From: an uncultured Nitrospiraceae bacterium | GTDB lineage: Bacteria > Nitrospirota > Thermodesulfovibrionia > Thermodesulfovibrionales > Dissulfurispiraceae | Reading direction: 5' to 3' | DNA length: 64,000 nucleotides | Assembly (NCBI GenBank): GCA_963727805.1 | Contig: CAVSHF010000005.1 | Coordinates: 800,001-864,000, forward strand | Part shown: in pieces, positions 41,117-53,949 of the stretch | Layout of the letters: the number at the start of each line of letters is the position of its first letter | How positions within the stretch are numbered: the first letter of the stretch is position 1 | The notes under the pieces: model-generated | The model's input: only the letters and a program-made list of their open reading frames with translations | The model's database searches: none | What the model was told of the DNA's origin: nothing | Position numbers and translations under genes: made by a program

Positions 41117-41808
41117 TGAAGACGGAGAATCAGGAACTTACAGCAAAAAGCACAACGCGTATATTTCTGGTTGATGATCACCCCATTGTACGCATGGGCC
41201 TTGCGCAGCTCATCAATCAGGAGGCGGGCTTTACAGTCTGTGGCGAAGCCGAGAACAGCGAGAAGGCTGTCATTGGCATAGCTGAGCAGATCCCTGATAT
41301 CATCATTATCGATCTCAGCTTGGGTGAAGGTAACGGTCTCGAGCTCATTAAAAGTTTAAGGGACACCAATCTGGAAGTAAAAATGCTCGTTCTATCTATA
41401 CACGATGAGGAAGTTTATGCGGAACGAGCATTGAGGGCGGGAGCTGGGGGATATATCATGAAACATGAGGCTGCTGAAACAGTCATCGCCGCGATCCGCA
41501 AAGTAATGAAAGGCGACATTTATTTAAGTGAAAGGATGTCTGGAAGGCTACTGAGCAAAATTTTCCATGGAAAGCTGACCCCATGTGCTCTGTCTCTCGA
41601 TCATCTCAGCGCCCGCGAACTGGAAGTCTTTCAACTGATTGGTGATGGCTGGAGTACGAAACAGATTGCGGAACGACTCGGCCTGAGCATTAAAACAATA
41701 GAAACGTACCGCGAGAAGATTAAGATCAAATTGACTCTGAAGGATTCATCCGAACTCCTAAGACAGGCGATTCGCTGGCGACAATATGAGTGTTCAACTA
41801 TTAAATAA
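41113..41808 (+). CDS. NarL/FixJ family response regulator
   Basis: VDDHP, IDLSL, LSARELEV..SIKTIETYR. Confidence 0.93.
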   Translation: MMKTENQELTAKSTTRIFLVDDHPIVRMGLAQLINQEAGFTVCGEAENSEKAVIGIAEQIPDIIIIDLSLGEGNGLELIKSLRDTNLEVKMLVLSIHDEEVYAERALRAGAGGYIMKHEAAETVIAAIRKVMKGDIYLSERMSGRLLSKIFHGKLTPCALSLDHLSARELEVFQLIGDGWSTKQIAERLGLSIKTIETYREKIKIKLTLKDSSELLRQAIRWRQYECSTIK

Positions 41809-41897
41809 ACTCAGGCAACTGGAAGCCTGCTGCACCTCCTTGTCATATCGTATCAAGAGATTTCTCATAGCCTTCAAAATCCCCCCCCCCTATACTG

Positions 41898-41940
41898 TAT
41901 AGGTGATATCCCCTATATAGTATAGGGGGGAACCCCCCAT
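41898..41940. promoter_or_regulatory. Tandem palindromic operator-like sites upstream of the MCP gene
   Basis: TATAGGTGAT-ATCCCCTATA (41898-41917) and ATAGGGGGGAACCCCCCAT (41922-41940). Confidence 0.55.
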
Positions 41941-42137
41941 CTTTGCTTCTAATTTCCCATGATAGACAATACTATCAGTTTTATGAACAATTAAAGACAG
42001 AAGACCCTGATAATGCAACGGCTTGGTTGAGACAATATGTGCGGATATTTAGAGCGAAGTTTATTCGGTCCGTCAAACTCCGATAGGCGAGACTGATTTG
42101 ACGTCATTATCTATATAAACTCTGCAGAGGTGAGAAT

Positions 42138-43760
42138 ATGTTGAAGAATCTCTCTATCAAGGCGCGGTTGCTGGTGGGTTTTGGTGCCATAATGTTTCTT
42201 TCCGTGCTGCTTTCCGTTGTTGCATTGTTTGCTATCCGTACCATTAATGGGGAAATCGACAGAATAGTTAGCGAACGCTGGCCGAAGACCGTCCAAGCAA
42301 ATGATATCATCGATAATATCAATGTTGTTGCCCGGGCTCTCAGAAATGCCATTATCCTTGAAGATGCACACATGGGACAAAGGGAACTCGACCGCATCCC
42401 TGAAGCGATCAAAGGCGTAACTGGAAATATCGAAAAACTCGAGAAGTCGATCAGCAGCGACAAAGGCAAACAACTGTTGAATGACCTCAAAGGCAAGAGA
42501 TCGGCTTATCAGGACGATTTAACAAAGACGTTGCAGCTTATCAAAGAAGGCAAGAGGAAAGAGGCGGGTCTCTATCTAGTGACGACCCTGCGGAAGACAC
42601 AAAGTGCTTATTTCGCGTCAGCCGAAGAACTCATCAAATATCAGAGCCAACTTATGGAAGAAGCGGGTAAAGATGCCGGAAACAAAGCTAGGCAGACACA
42701 GATCCTGGTGATTGTGCTTATCCTTGCGGCTACGGTTCTGTCAGTAGTGGGATCCCTCTTCATCATCCGGAGCATAACCGTGCCTCTGTCAGAAGGGGTT
42801 GGGGTGGCCAACAGACTTGCAGCAGGTGATCTGACGGCGTCGGTGACGATTAGGAGTAATGATGAGATAGGCACACTGATGAGTGCCATGGATAATATGG
42901 TGAAAAGCCTACGGGATTTGATAGGCAAGATCCAGTATGCTTCAGTGAATATGGCCTCTGGCAGTGAGCAGCTCAGCGCCAGCGCAGAGGAGATATCGCG
43001 GGGCATGGAAGGTCAGGCTGCCCGCTCGAACCAGATTGCCACCTCTACTGAACAAATGTCCCAGACCGTTATTGACGTGGCAAAAAATACAGCCAACATC
43101 GCTCAGATATCCACACAAACTTATAGTCATGCCCAGGATGGCGCGAGCATTGTCAATCGATCAGTCGATGAGGTGCAGGCCATCGCCACGACTGTTGCCG
43201 AATCGTCTCAGGTCATGCAGCGCCTCAGCGAGAGCTCAAAACAGATTGGCAATATAGTGGGCGTCATCAACGACATTGCCGACCAGACCAATCTGCTGGC
43301 CCTTAATGCAGCCATCGAAGCCGCTCGAGCAGGGGAGCAGGGCCGGGGTTTCTCGGTTGTTGCCGATGAAGTCAGGAAACTCGCTGAAAAGACCACTCAG
43401 GCCACCTCTCAAATCAGCACGATGATATCCTCCATCCAGGTTGAGGTTGCCCATGCTAATACCTCATTAGACAACGCCACTTTGCGCGTTGAGAGTGGAA
43501 TGGAGTTCAGCCGGAAAGCCGGAGATTCACTCAATAATATTGTAAACAGTTCCAACAACCTTCAGTCCATGGTGCAACAGATCGCTTCAGCCACAGAGGA
43601 GATGTCAACTGTCTCCGAGACTATCAGCTCTGACATCCAGAGCAACGCTGAAGGACAGAAGGAGATATCGGCCGGTTCCGGTCAGATCGCGCAAGCCTCA
43701 TCGGATCTTGCCCGGCTTGCAACGGAACTGAAGAGTGTAGCGAGTCAGTTCAAAGTGTGA
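42138..43760 (+). CDS. Methyl-accepting chemotaxis protein (4HB sensor, HAMP)
   Basis: [37 protein letters not shown]. Confidence 0.96.
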   Translation: MLKNLSIKARLLVGFGAIMFLSVLLSVVALFAIRTINGEIDRIVSERWPKTVQANDIIDNINVVARALRNAIILEDAHMGQRELDRIPEAIKGVTGNIEKLEKSISSDKGKQLLNDLKGKRSAYQDDLTKTLQLIKEGKRKEAGLYLVTTLRKTQSAYFASAEELIKYQSQLMEEAGKDAGNKARQTQILVIVLILAATVLSVVGSLFIIRSITVPLSEGVGVANRLAAGDLTASVTIRSNDEIGTLMSAMDNMVKSLRDLIGKIQYASVNMASGSEQLSASAEEISRGMEGQAARSNQIATSTEQMSQTVIDVAKNTANIAQISTQTYSHAQDGASIVNRSVDEVQAIATTVAESSQVMQRLSESSKQIGNIVGVINDIADQTNLLALNAAIEAARAGEQGRGFSVVADEVRKLAEKTTQATSQISTMISSIQVEVAHANTSLDNATLRVESGMEFSRKAGDSLNNIVNSSNNLQSMVQQIASATEEMSTVSETISSDIQSNAEGQKEISAGSGQIAQASSDLARLATELKSVASQFKV

Positions 43761-43908
43761 GCCCAGACCCATTTAGGCTCTCAATCCATGCAACTCAACT
43801 TAACCTCGATATCACTCCTGCTGTGACAGCACCGGTTGTGGTAGGCAGAACGATTGGAATTTCGCCTATTCGTACTGTGATCGAGACAAATTTCTATGAC
43901 CTGAGAAT

Positions 43909-46900
43909 ATGATTTATTACCTTCGAGTCTCTATGGCCGTTATACGTGAAAACCTCAATTATATTACGGTGAGTTTGAGTGTTGTTCCCCTGCTCCTGAT
44001 CTTAATAATTAATACCGGATGCTGCGATGTAATCAAGATTGGAGTGCTTGCCAATCGCGGCGATGAAAAATGCAGGCAGATGTGGGACCCAACCGCAGAA
44101 TATTTGTCAAATAAATTACCCGGGTATATATTTAAAATCATTCCTTTATCATTTGATAAAATTTCCTCTGCCGTCAAGAATGAAGAGGTAGATTTTTTAC
44201 TCACCAACCCTTCTATTTACGTAGACTTGGAAGTGCAATACAGCATTTCCCGCATAGCCACCTTAAAAAGTCAGTATACCAAAGTCTACCCGTGTTTTGG
44301 CGGGGTCATTTTTACCAGATCGGACAATCCCAATATATATGTTTTGCGAGATTTAATCGGCAAGAAATTCATAGCGGTAAATCAAACGTCACTGGGCGGG
44401 TGGCAAGTTGCATTAAGGGAATTTAAAAAAGCTGGAATAGACCCCTATAGAGACTTTGAGATCGTACAATTTTCCGGTAATCACGAATCAGCAATCCAAG
44501 CTGTGGTTGACGGCAAGGCTGATGCTGGAACGGCCAACACAGACGTATTTGCAGATCTCCTGCAAAACGGCAGCATTAATCTGAATGACTTTCGCATATT
44601 GATGCCTGAAGGGTTGGATATAAATAAAAATGATTTCCCTTATCCCGTCAGCACAAGACTCTACCCTGGATGGCCCTTGTCAAAGTTGCAAAAGACTCCT
44701 GAGAACTTAGCGACTAACGTAGCAATCACCTTGCTCGATATGAAGGTAGATAATGAGGCGGCACGAGCAGCGGATTCCAAAGGGTGGTCCTATCCTCTCA
44801 ATTATCAAGAAGTCCACGAACTGAAAAAAGAACTTAAATTGGGTGTCTATAAGGATTTTGAGAAGGCAACAATGATGATTATTTTACACAAATACAAGGG
44901 CGAGATTCTCCTGGGCTTTCTCATATTCCTGATTTCGTTAACAGCGTCGATCGTTCTGGCATATCTGTACCGGCATTCTAAACTGACCGAGAAGGCCTTG
45001 AGACTGTCGGAGGAAAAATTTTCCAAGGCCTTTCGTTCCGTACCTGCCGGTCTTAGTATAAGTAGTCTTTCAGATGGTCATTACATAGAAGTAAATGACA
45101 CTTTCCTTCGCGATAGAGGGTATACAGGGGAAGACATCATCGGGCAAAGGGCAACAGAGTTGAATATGTGGGTCGAACCGGAGCAGAGGGTCGAAATGTT
45201 GAGTAAACTACAGGAAAGTGGGAAGATGGTTACCAACAGGGAAGTAAAGTTCAGGACGAAGACCGATGAGATTCGAACGATGTTATGGTCTGCTGAACTC
45301 ATGGAATTCGGCGGAGAACGAAACGTAATCGCAATAAGCCAAGACATTACCCAATTAAGAGAAGTGCAGGAGGCATTAAGAAGATCCGAGGAATGGTACC
45401 GCAGCGTAATAGACTATACATACAATTGGGAATATTGGATAGACGACAACGGCAATTTCTTATATGTTTCTCCATCATGCAAGCGAATCACCGGATACAA
45501 TCCGGTAGATTTTATGATGGATAAAGAGTTGCTGCGTAAAATCATTCATCCCGACGATATGCAACTTTTCATGGACCACCTCCATACAATATCCGGGTGT
45601 GGTGAAGTCGTCCCCATCGACTTCAGGATAATCGATGCTGAAGGCAAGGAGAAGTGGATAGGACACGTATGTCAGGGCGTTATGGGCAGTGGTGGAGAAA
45701 TCCGCGGAAGAAGGGTTAGCAACCGTGATATAACCGACAGGAAAAGGCTTGAAGAAGAAAGAGAGCTCCTGCAGACCCAACTTTTACAAGCCCAGAAGAT
45801 GGAGGCAGTGGGACAGCTTGCCGGTGGCATTGCTCACGATTTTAACAATATTATTTATGCGATATCAGGCTATGCCCACCTGCTGATGGACAAAGTGAGC
45901 GTTGATAATCCTGCTAGAGACTACGTCGTAGAGATACTCGAATCGGCGGACAGGGCAGCTGAAGTCACCCACGGCCTTCTTGCATTCAGCCGCAAACAGG
46001 TGATGAATGTCAAATCATTGGATGTGAATGACATTCTTGGAAGGTTTAAAAAATTAGTACCCAGGATAATCGGTGAGGATATAGAAGTAATCATTACGTT
46101 GTCAAGCAGTAAAGTAATCTGTATGGCCGATGCAGGTCAGATAGAGCAGGTCTTGTTGAATTTAGTGAACAATGCCAGAGATGCCATGTCTAAGGGCGGA
46201 AGGCTGATATTAAGTGGCCAACTTGTTGAACTTGACGACACTTTTATTAAAATACATGGGTACGGAAAGTCCGGCACCTATGTTCTTGTTTCTGTGTCAG
46301 ACACAGGCATTGGCATGAATAAAGAGACTCTAGCAAAAATATTTGAACCTTTTTTTACAACGAAAGAGTTTGGAAAAGGAACAGGTCTCGGACTTGCAAT
46401 GGTATACGGCATAATAAAGCAGCACGAAGGCTATATAACTGTTTACAGCGAGCCTGGGGAAGGATCAACTTTCCAAATTTATCTTCCGTCAGCTCAGTCA
46501 AATGCAGAAGTCCCTGCAAGACCTGTTGTACACCTTCCGGTAGGCGGGACAGAGGTCATACTCGTGGCGGAGGATGATGATAGATTGCGAAAACTCTCCA
46601 AAATCGTCCTGACACAGCATGGGTATGAAATAATACTGGCTCGGGATGGTCAAGAGGCGTTAGATAAATTTATCGAGAACAAAGACAGAATTCAGCTGGT
46701 TCTCCTTGACATGGGGATGCCTCAAAAAAGCGGGAAAGAAGCTCTTAATGAGATCAGAAGAATTAAGCCGGACATGAAAAGCATTTTTTTAAGTGGTTAC
46801 ACTGCTGACAGGCTGAATAAAGACAGTCTGCATGACGAAGATATAAACTTATTATTTAAGCCGGTATCACCCAAAGATCTATTAAGAAAGGTAAGAGAAA

Positions 46901-46914
46901 TCCTAGACAAATAA
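43909..46914 (+). CDS. Hybrid histidine kinase with PhnD-like periplasmic domain, two PAS domains and REC
   Basis: Phosphonate-binding-like N-terminus (W.PTAEYL, TNP..Y, SLGG), AGGIAHDFNN, NARDAM, GTGLGL, C-terminal REC. Confidence 0.9.
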   Translation: MIYYLRVSMAVIRENLNYITVSLSVVPLLLILIINTGCCDVIKIGVLANRGDEKCRQMWDPTAEYLSNKLPGYIFKIIPLSFDKISSAVKNEEVDFLLTNPSIYVDLEVQYSISRIATLKSQYTKVYPCFGGVIFTRSDNPNIYVLRDLIGKKFIAVNQTSLGGWQVALREFKKAGIDPYRDFEIVQFSGNHESAIQAVVDGKADAGTANTDVFADLLQNGSINLNDFRILMPEGLDINKNDFPYPVSTRLYPGWPLSKLQKTPENLATNVAITLLDMKVDNEAARAADSKGWSYPLNYQEVHELKKELKLGVYKDFEKATMMIILHKYKGEILLGFLIFLISLTASIVLAYLYRHSKLTEKALRLSEEKFSKAFRSVPAGLSISSLSDGHYIEVNDTFLRDRGYTGEDIIGQRATELNMWVEPEQRVEMLSKLQESGKMVTNREVKFRTKTDEIRTMLWSAELMEFGGERNVIAISQDITQLREVQEALRRSEEWYRSVIDYTYNWEYWIDDNGNFLYVSPSCKRITGYNPVDFMMDKELLRKIIHPDDMQLFMDHLHTISGCGEVVPIDFRIIDAEGKEKWIGHVCQGVMGSGGEIRGRRVSNRDITDRKRLEEERELLQTQLLQAQKMEAVGQLAGGIAHDFNNIIYAISGYAHLLMDKVSVDNPARDYVVEILESADRAAEVTHGLLAFSRKQVMNVKSLDVNDILGRFKKLVPRIIGEDIEVIITLSSSKVICMADAGQIEQVLLNLVNNARDAMSKGGRLILSGQLVELDDTFIKIHGYGKSGTYVLVSVSDTGIGMNKETLAKIFEPFFTTKEFGKGTGLGLAMVYGIIKQHEGYITVYSEPGEGSTFQIYLPSAQSNAEVPARPVVHLPVGGTEVILVAEDDDRLRKLSKIVLTQHGYEIILARDGQEALDKFIENKDRIQLVLLDMGMPQKSGKEALNEIRRIKPDMKSIFLSGYTADRLNKDSLHDEDINLLFKPVSPKDLLRKVREILDK

Positions 46915-47834
46915 TAGAGTATGAGCTTACTTATCTGAGAAAGGTCCGCGCATTCGCGTCATCGACTATGATTTGCATGCATGTTCAAGGATATAAATAC
47001 CCGTTCGAAATCCCCAAGAGTCATAGATCGTAAGGTTATGAAAGGGCGAGTCGGTCGCACTGCGGCTTTCACGCTATACTTAATATTTTAACCACCGCAT
47101 TTCATGTATTCAGAATGCTCTGCGACATTATCCGCTAAACATTGGACTGCTTGTGCCTGATAAAATAGTATCTCTTTCCATGCGAGTCCAAAATATGCAT
47201 TAAATACACTTTTGTGATATATTGCGGACAATTATGACAATCATATACAAACGTAGTGGTAATACCCAGTCTCTTGGGATAACCCGTTCGACGTCACGCG
47301 CGACCTTGTATAGCGGCATAGATGGCACCCTTCTTATCGATCCCAAAGGCATTCGCCACGCAATTAGCGCAATACTAGATAGCATGACAACGAACAATGG
47401 TAACATCTCACGGGGTGCACGACAACTCAGCAAGCCAGTACATCTCATTTGCAAGATCACCAACTAGGTGTCTCGTTGTGTCGGAAGGGGAGCTACGTCA
47501 ACTTGTTGCTGAGACTTCGCCCGTAAACTCGCAAATCTGAAATTGACAATCGAATCGCCTCATTGAAGACTCAAGATGCAACAATCACCATAAGACGTTA
47601 CCTTGGCTCGAAGGACATAGATTTTACCTCACCTCAGAGCGGCGCGAAATCATCGACAAGGAACTCGCCCGTATCAATAGTTCCCCTTGGGCAGTCGGAG
47701 AAATAAGATTGGAAACGTTCATTTTTGTTGTGGATCCGGCTATGAATGATATTACTCTGCGGAATCGGAACTAGACATGGGAACAGACAGCTGACAGAAC
47801 TCCCCAGCGAAGTCTAAACACAAGGGCATCATGA

Positions 47835-47867
47835 ATGAAAAAAAGGGCCTATGACGGCCCCTTTCAT
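47835..47867 (-). terminator. Intrinsic terminator after ahcY
   Basis: GGGCC-6 nt-GGCCC stem followed by T7 on the minus strand. Confidence 0.6.
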
Positions 47868-47885
47868 TTCTTAAAAAATATTCTG

Positions 47886-49145
<1,260 letters not shown>

Positions 49146-49167
49146 TTATCCTCCATTTTCAGGACTT

Positions 49168-50322
49168 TTATAGTCCCGCTCCTTTCCTTAAAATTTCAGC
49201 CTTGTCGGTACGTTCCCACGTAAACTCGGGTTCGGTCCTGCCGAAGTGTCCGTAGGCTGCAGTCTTCTTGTAAATAGGCCTTCTGAGATCCAGGGCATCG
49301 ATGATCGCTTTGGGGGTAAGGGCGAAGTGTGCCCTTATCAGTGAGACAATTTTTTCATCGGATATCTTGCCGGTACCGAAAGTATCGATGAATATCGAAA
49401 CAGGATCGGGGACGCCTATGGCGTAGGCAATCTGGACTTCGAGCCTTTCGGCAACGCCTGCAGCAACGAGATTCTTGGCGATATATCGGCCCATATACGA
49501 GCCTGAGCGGTCGACCTTCGTTCCATCCTTGCCGGAGAAGCAGCCTCCCCCATGGCTACCAACGCCCCCGTAAGTATCGACGATGATCTTCCTGCCGGTC
49601 AGTCCAGTATCTCCCATCGGGCCTCCGACCACGAACCTGCCGGTGGGATTGATGTGATAGGTGATGTGCTCTTCATCGAGCAACTCCGGAGGAATTACCG
49701 GCTTGATGACCTTTTCGATGATGTCTTCACGCATCTCCTTAAGTGTGATGTCGGGACTGTGTTGAGAGGATACGACAATGGTATCGACCCGCATAGGTTT
49801 GTAATCCTCGTATTCAATGGTCACCTGGGTCTTCCCATCTGGCCTCAGATAACTCAGGATGTCCTCTTTCCTGCACTCGGAAAGCCTCCTTGCAAGCTTG
49901 TGAGCAAGCATAATTGACATCGGCATGAGCTCGGGCGTTTCGTTGCAAGCAAAGCCGAACATGAGTCCCTGATCTCCAGCGCCTCCGGGATCAACGCCCA
50001 TCTTGATGTCGGGCGATTGTTCATGGATTGATGTAATTACTGCGCATGTTTCATAATCAAAACCGTATTTCGCCCTGGTATATCCGATATCCTTTATAGT
50101 CTCGCGTACGATCATCGGGATGTCAACATACGTGGTCGTAGTGATCTCACCCGCCACAAAGGCAAGACCTGTTGTGACCAGTGTCTCACATGCAACCCTC
50201 GAATAAGGGTCTTTGCTCAGAATGGCGTCGAGAATGGAATCCGATATCTGATCGGCAATCTTATCGGGATGACCCTCCGTTACCGATTCCGAAGTAAAAA
50301 AGTATCTTTTGTCAGCCGCCAT
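49168..50322 (-). CDS. metK: S-adenosylmethionine synthetase
   Basis: [33 protein letters not shown]. Confidence 0.98.
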   Translation of the reverse strand: MAADKRYFFTSESVTEGHPDKIADQISDSILDAILSKDPYSRVACETLVTTGLAFVAGEITTTTYVDIPMIVRETIKDIGYTRAKYGFDYETCAVITSIHEQSPDIKMGVDPGGAGDQGLMFGFACNETPELMPMSIMLAHKLARRLSECRKEDILSYLRPDGKTQVTIEYEDYKPMRVDTIVVSSQHSPDITLKEMREDIIEKVIKPVIPPELLDEEHITYHINPTGRFVVGGPMGDTGLTGRKIIVDTYGGVGSHGGGCFSGKDGTKVDRSGSYMGRYIAKNLVAAGVAERLEVQIAYAIGVPDPVSIFIDTFGTGKISDEKIVSLIRAHFALTPKAIIDALDLRRPIYKKTAAYGHFGRTEPEFTWERTDKAEILRKGAGL

Positions 50323-50372
50323 CGCTCACCTCCATGTGCGTAGGTTCTAGATTAATGATGTGAAACACCCTA

Positions 50373-51389
50373 TTACTCTTTTATCAAATACTCTGCAATC
50401 TGGACTGCATTCAATGCCGCCCCTTTTCTCAGGTTATCGGATACGATCCACATATTGATTCCGTTGTCTGTTGACTCGTCCTCGCGAATCCTTCCGACAA
50501 AAACCTCATCCTTGCCGTCGCAGTGGATCGGCAGTGGATAAATGCTCTTTTCTGGCGCATCGAAGACTATCACACCCGGAGCCCTGGATAGTAACTCCCT
50601 CACAGCATTGGCCGTAATTTTTCGCTCTGTCTCGATATTCAGCGCTTCGGAATGGCCTCTAAAAACAGGAACACGTACCGTTGTAGCCGTGACCCTGATC
50701 GAATTATCTCCCATGATCTTTCTCGTCTCATTGACCATTTTCATCTCTTCCTTCGTATATCCATTGTCAAGAAATTTGTCGATCTGAGGCAACACGTTGA
50801 AAGCGATTTGGTGTGGGTAAACGTTGCACTGAACGCCTCTGAAGCTAAGTAAGTCTGAAGTCTGCTGCATAAGCTCGTCCATCGCTTTCTTGCCAGTGCC
50901 CGAGACGGCCTGGAATGTTGTTACCACTACGCGCTTGATCTTTGCAGCATCATGTATCGGCTTCAGGGCAACCACCATCTGTATAGTAGAACAATTAGGA
51001 TTGGCTATAATTCCCTTATGCCAGTTGAGGTCATGGGGATTGACTTCAGGAACGACAAGCGGGACCTCTGGGTCCATCCTCCAATAGCTCGAATTATCGA
51101 TAACCACACATCCCGACTGAGCGGCGATAGGCGCCCATATCCTGGACCTCTCTGCTCCCGCTGAAAAAAGCGCGATGTCGATACCCTTGAAAGAATCTTC
51201 ATTGATGACCTCGACAGGAAGCTTCTCACGCCGGAACTCAAGGGTCTTATCCGCAGAACGCTCCGAGGCAAAGAGTCTCAGTTTTCCAACAGGAAACTCG
51301 CGCTGTTCAAGTGTCGCGATCATCTCATTGCCGACGGCCCCTGTTGCACCCACAACGGCAACAATATATTTTTCTTTTTTCCGCAGCAC
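50373..51389 (-). CDS. asd: Aspartate-semialdehyde dehydrogenase
   Basis: GATGAVG, NPNCST, QAVSG, DNLRKGAALN. Confidence 0.97.
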   Translation of the reverse strand: MLRKKEKYIVAVVGATGAVGNEMIATLEQREFPVGKLRLFASERSADKTLEFRREKLPVEVINEDSFKGIDIALFSAGAERSRIWAPIAAQSGCVVIDNSSYWRMDPEVPLVVPEVNPHDLNWHKGIIANPNCSTIQMVVALKPIHDAAKIKRVVVTTFQAVSGTGKKAMDELMQQTSDLLSFRGVQCNVYPHQIAFNVLPQIDKFLDNGYTKEEMKMVNETRKIMGDNSIRVTATTVRVPVFRGHSEALNIETERKITANAVRELLSRAPGVIVFDAPEKSIYPLPIHCDGKDEVFVGRIREDESTDNGINMWIVSDNLRKGAALNAVQIAEYLIKE

Positions 51390-51393
51390 GGTC

Positions 51394-52467
51394 TTACTCC
51401 TTTATTTCCGTCACATATTTGGCTGCAAGATCCCCGACCTCTGTCGTGGAATATCCCATCTTGCCTGCGGCAAGGCTCTTCAAATGCTTGCCTGTCACCT
51501 CCATAGCCGCCCTCTCGATCACCTTGCCAGCAGTATTCTCGCCGAGGCATTCGAGCATCATCCCTCCCGCGCAGATCGCCGCCAGTGGATTGATGATATT
51601 CTGCCCTGTATATTTCGGGGCCGAACCGCCGATCGGTTCGAACATCGAAACACCCTCAGGGTTAATGTTGCCGCCGGCTGCGATACCCATACCGCCCTGG
51701 ATCATCGCGCCGAGATCGGTGATGATGTCGCCGAACATGTTGTCAGTGACAATCACATCGAACCATTCTGGATTCTTCACAAACCACATCGTGGTCGCAT
51801 CGACATGCGCATAATCAGGCTTGATCATCGGGTATTCTTTAGCGACTTCATAAAACGCCCGTTCCCAAAGGTCGAATGCGAAGGTGAGAACGTTCGTCTT
51901 GCCGCAAAGCGTCAACTTGTTCCTCTTATTTCTCTTCTTGCAGTATTCGAAGGCGTATCTGATACAGCGCTCCACGCCTTTGCGAGTATTGATCGATTCT
52001 TGGATAGCGACCTCATCAGGCGTGCCTTTCTTCAAGACACCGCCCGCGCCAGCATAGAGGCCCTCTGTGTTCTCACGGACGACAACAAAGTCGATATGCT
52101 CAGGGCCTTTGTCTTTTAGCGGACACTCAACGCCGGGATAAAGCTTAACCGGTCTCAGGTTGATGTACTGATCGAGCTCGAACCTGAGGCGAAGCAATAT
52201 GCCTTTTTCGAGGATGCCGGGCTTCACATCCGGATGTCCTATTGCGCCGAGATAAATTGCATGGTATTTTCTGAGATCGTCGGCTGCGCCGTTCGGCAGC
52301 ACTTCACCGGTTCTCAGGTAGCGATCGCCTCCATAATCATAGTAGTGGTAATCGAGCTTAAATCCAAACCGTGCAGATGCGGTATTGAGGACCTTAATCC
52401 CTTCGGCAACCACCTCGGGACCGGTGCCATCGCCACCTATGACTGCAATATTATATGTCTTGCTCAT
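51394..52467 (-). CDS. leuB: 3-isopropylmalate dehydrogenase
   Basis: GDGTGPEV, RENTEG, DNMFGDIITD, EPIGGSAP; ATG 52467 has an AAGGAG RBS. Confidence 0.88.
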   Translation of the reverse strand: MSKTYNIAVIGGDGTGPEVVAEGIKVLNTASARFGFKLDYHYYDYGGDRYLRTGEVLPNGAADDLRKYHAIYLGAIGHPDVKPGILEKGILLRLRFELDQYINLRPVKLYPGVECPLKDKGPEHIDFVVVRENTEGLYAGAGGVLKKGTPDEVAIQESINTRKGVERCIRYAFEYCKKRNKRNKLTLCGKTNVLTFAFDLWERAFYEVAKEYPMIKPDYAHVDATTMWFVKNPEWFDVIVTDNMFGDIITDLGAMIQGGMGIAAGGNINPEGVSMFEPIGGSAPKYTGQNIINPLAAICAGGMMLECLGENTAGKVIERAAMEVTGKHLKSLAAGKMGYSTTEVGDLAAKYVTEIKE

Positions 52468-52690
52468 AAGTGCTTCTCCTTTGTTTAATTTAATCTTAGG
52501 CTGCTCGATCAGTCCCCCTTGCTGTTTTAATATAACAGTCGGGGCTGACAGCGTCAGCATCTGAAACTTTGCTGAGACTCAACACCTTGCCCGCAAGCAA
52601 TATCGCTTCTATCTTCATGCCATGCTTTGGCAAAGCTGTTATTCTGTTATAATGAACAGATATTATAAATCTTTATCAAACAATTTTCCA

Positions 52691-53629
52691 ATGAAAAAAG
52701 TCATCGTCCTTCTCGGACCAACTGGCGTCGGGAAAACCGCAGCCTCGCTCATTCTGGCCCAAGCCATCGGGACAGAGATCATCAGCGCCGATTCAATGCA
52801 GATATACCGTCATATGGACATTGGGACCGCAAAGCCGACTCCGGAAGAACAGTCAGCAGTAAGACATCACATGATCGATGTCGCAGATCCCTGGGATTCC
52901 TTCAGCACCGGCAGGTATATCAAACAGGTCCAACCCGTCATTGCCGCTCTCCACGAGAGACACACCGTGCCAGTGATAGTCGGAGGCACAGGGCTTTATA
53001 TAAAAGCTATGACACGAGGCATATTTCACGGTCCGTCCGCCAATAAGGATTTGAGGGAAGAATTATTGACGAAAGAGAGTGCTGAGCCCGGTTCTCTTTA
53101 TAGGCAACTCCAGTCTGTTGACCCTGTGTCAGCAGCCGCGATAATGCCTGCTGATGTGAGAAGGACTGTCCGCTCCCTTGAGGTTTACCTCACAGGAGAA
53201 AAATCGATGTCCGAGATGCAGGCCAGATATACCGAGCGGCTTCCCTATTTTTTTATCAAGATCGGCCTGACGAGAGACAGACAAGAACTATACGAAATGA
53301 TACAAAAGCGCGTAGACATAATGATCGAACGGGGACTGGTGGATGAGGTCAAGCAGATAATCGCTCGAATCTGCGAGCACTACAAAGGCCCAGTTGCTAA
53401 TTTGTCATCCTTGCAGGCCATCGGGTATAAGGAACTTATACCCCATATTGATGGGAATCTGTCCTTGCCTGACGCAGTCGAGCTTATTAAAAAACACTCT
53501 CGCAACTACGCCAAACGACAGTTCACCTGGTTCAGGAAAGAAGAAGGAATCAACTGGGTCGATATAACTGGTATTTATGAATCTGCAGCGATCGGTAAAA
53601 AATTGCTTGAGCTGGTCGGGGCGGCATGA
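52691..53629 (+). CDS. miaA: tRNA dimethylallyltransferase
   Basis: GPTGVGKT, SADSMQIY..MDIGTAKP, GGTGLY, AIGYKE, YAKRQFTWF; ATG 52691 preferred. Confidence 0.96.
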   Translation: MKKVIVLLGPTGVGKTAASLILAQAIGTEIISADSMQIYRHMDIGTAKPTPEEQSAVRHHMIDVADPWDSFSTGRYIKQVQPVIAALHERHTVPVIVGGTGLYIKAMTRGIFHGPSANKDLREELLTKESAEPGSLYRQLQSVDPVSAAAIMPADVRRTVRSLEVYLTGEKSMSEMQARYTERLPYFFIKIGLTRDRQELYEMIQKRVDIMIERGLVDEVKQIIARICEHYKGPVANLSSLQAIGYKELIPHIDGNLSLPDAVELIKKHSRNYAKRQFTWFRKEEGINWVDITGIYESAAIGKKLLELVGAA

Positions 53630-53670
53630 TAATGAACCGACACACACCATTATGCTTCTGATATTGCCTT

Positions 53671-53949
53671 CTATCTCCGCCCCTCAATCAAAAATATGGA
53701 AAACTCTTTGTTCCCTGCTCCTGCCACATCTCTGACAACCGTCGCGGCCGTTGTGTTGCTGACATCATGGAAGCCCGATTCCTGAAGCAGCTTTTTTAGC
53801 TCTTCACGGTCGAACCCGAAGTGGAACACGCCTGTATTATCGCTGTGGAATAAACCTCCCTCCGCATCGAGATCGGCGAAGCATAGCCGACCTTCCGGCT
53901 TGAGGAGTTGATGCCACATCCTGAACAGCATGCCGGTATCAGGAACATG
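53671..53949 (-). pseudogene. 3' half of a class I SAM methyltransferase, truncated by the transposon end
   Basis: HVPDT..LLKPEGRLCFADLD.EGG.FH..GVFHFGFDR is a typical C-terminal half; the SAM-binding motif I is absent and similarity starts exactly at the junction. Confidence 0.75.

Noticed and set aside
50323..50372. SAM riboswitch upstream of metK
   Set aside because: Only about 50 nt between asd and metK, with no recognisable aptamer
51175..52119. 314-aa plus-strand ORF
   Set aside because: Antisense to leuB and asd, with no recognisable motifs
52468..52560. N-terminal extension of LeuB, or a leucine attenuator
   Set aside because: A hairpin exists near 52510-52547, but there is no Leu-rich leader peptide with its own stop; the RBS supports ATG 52467
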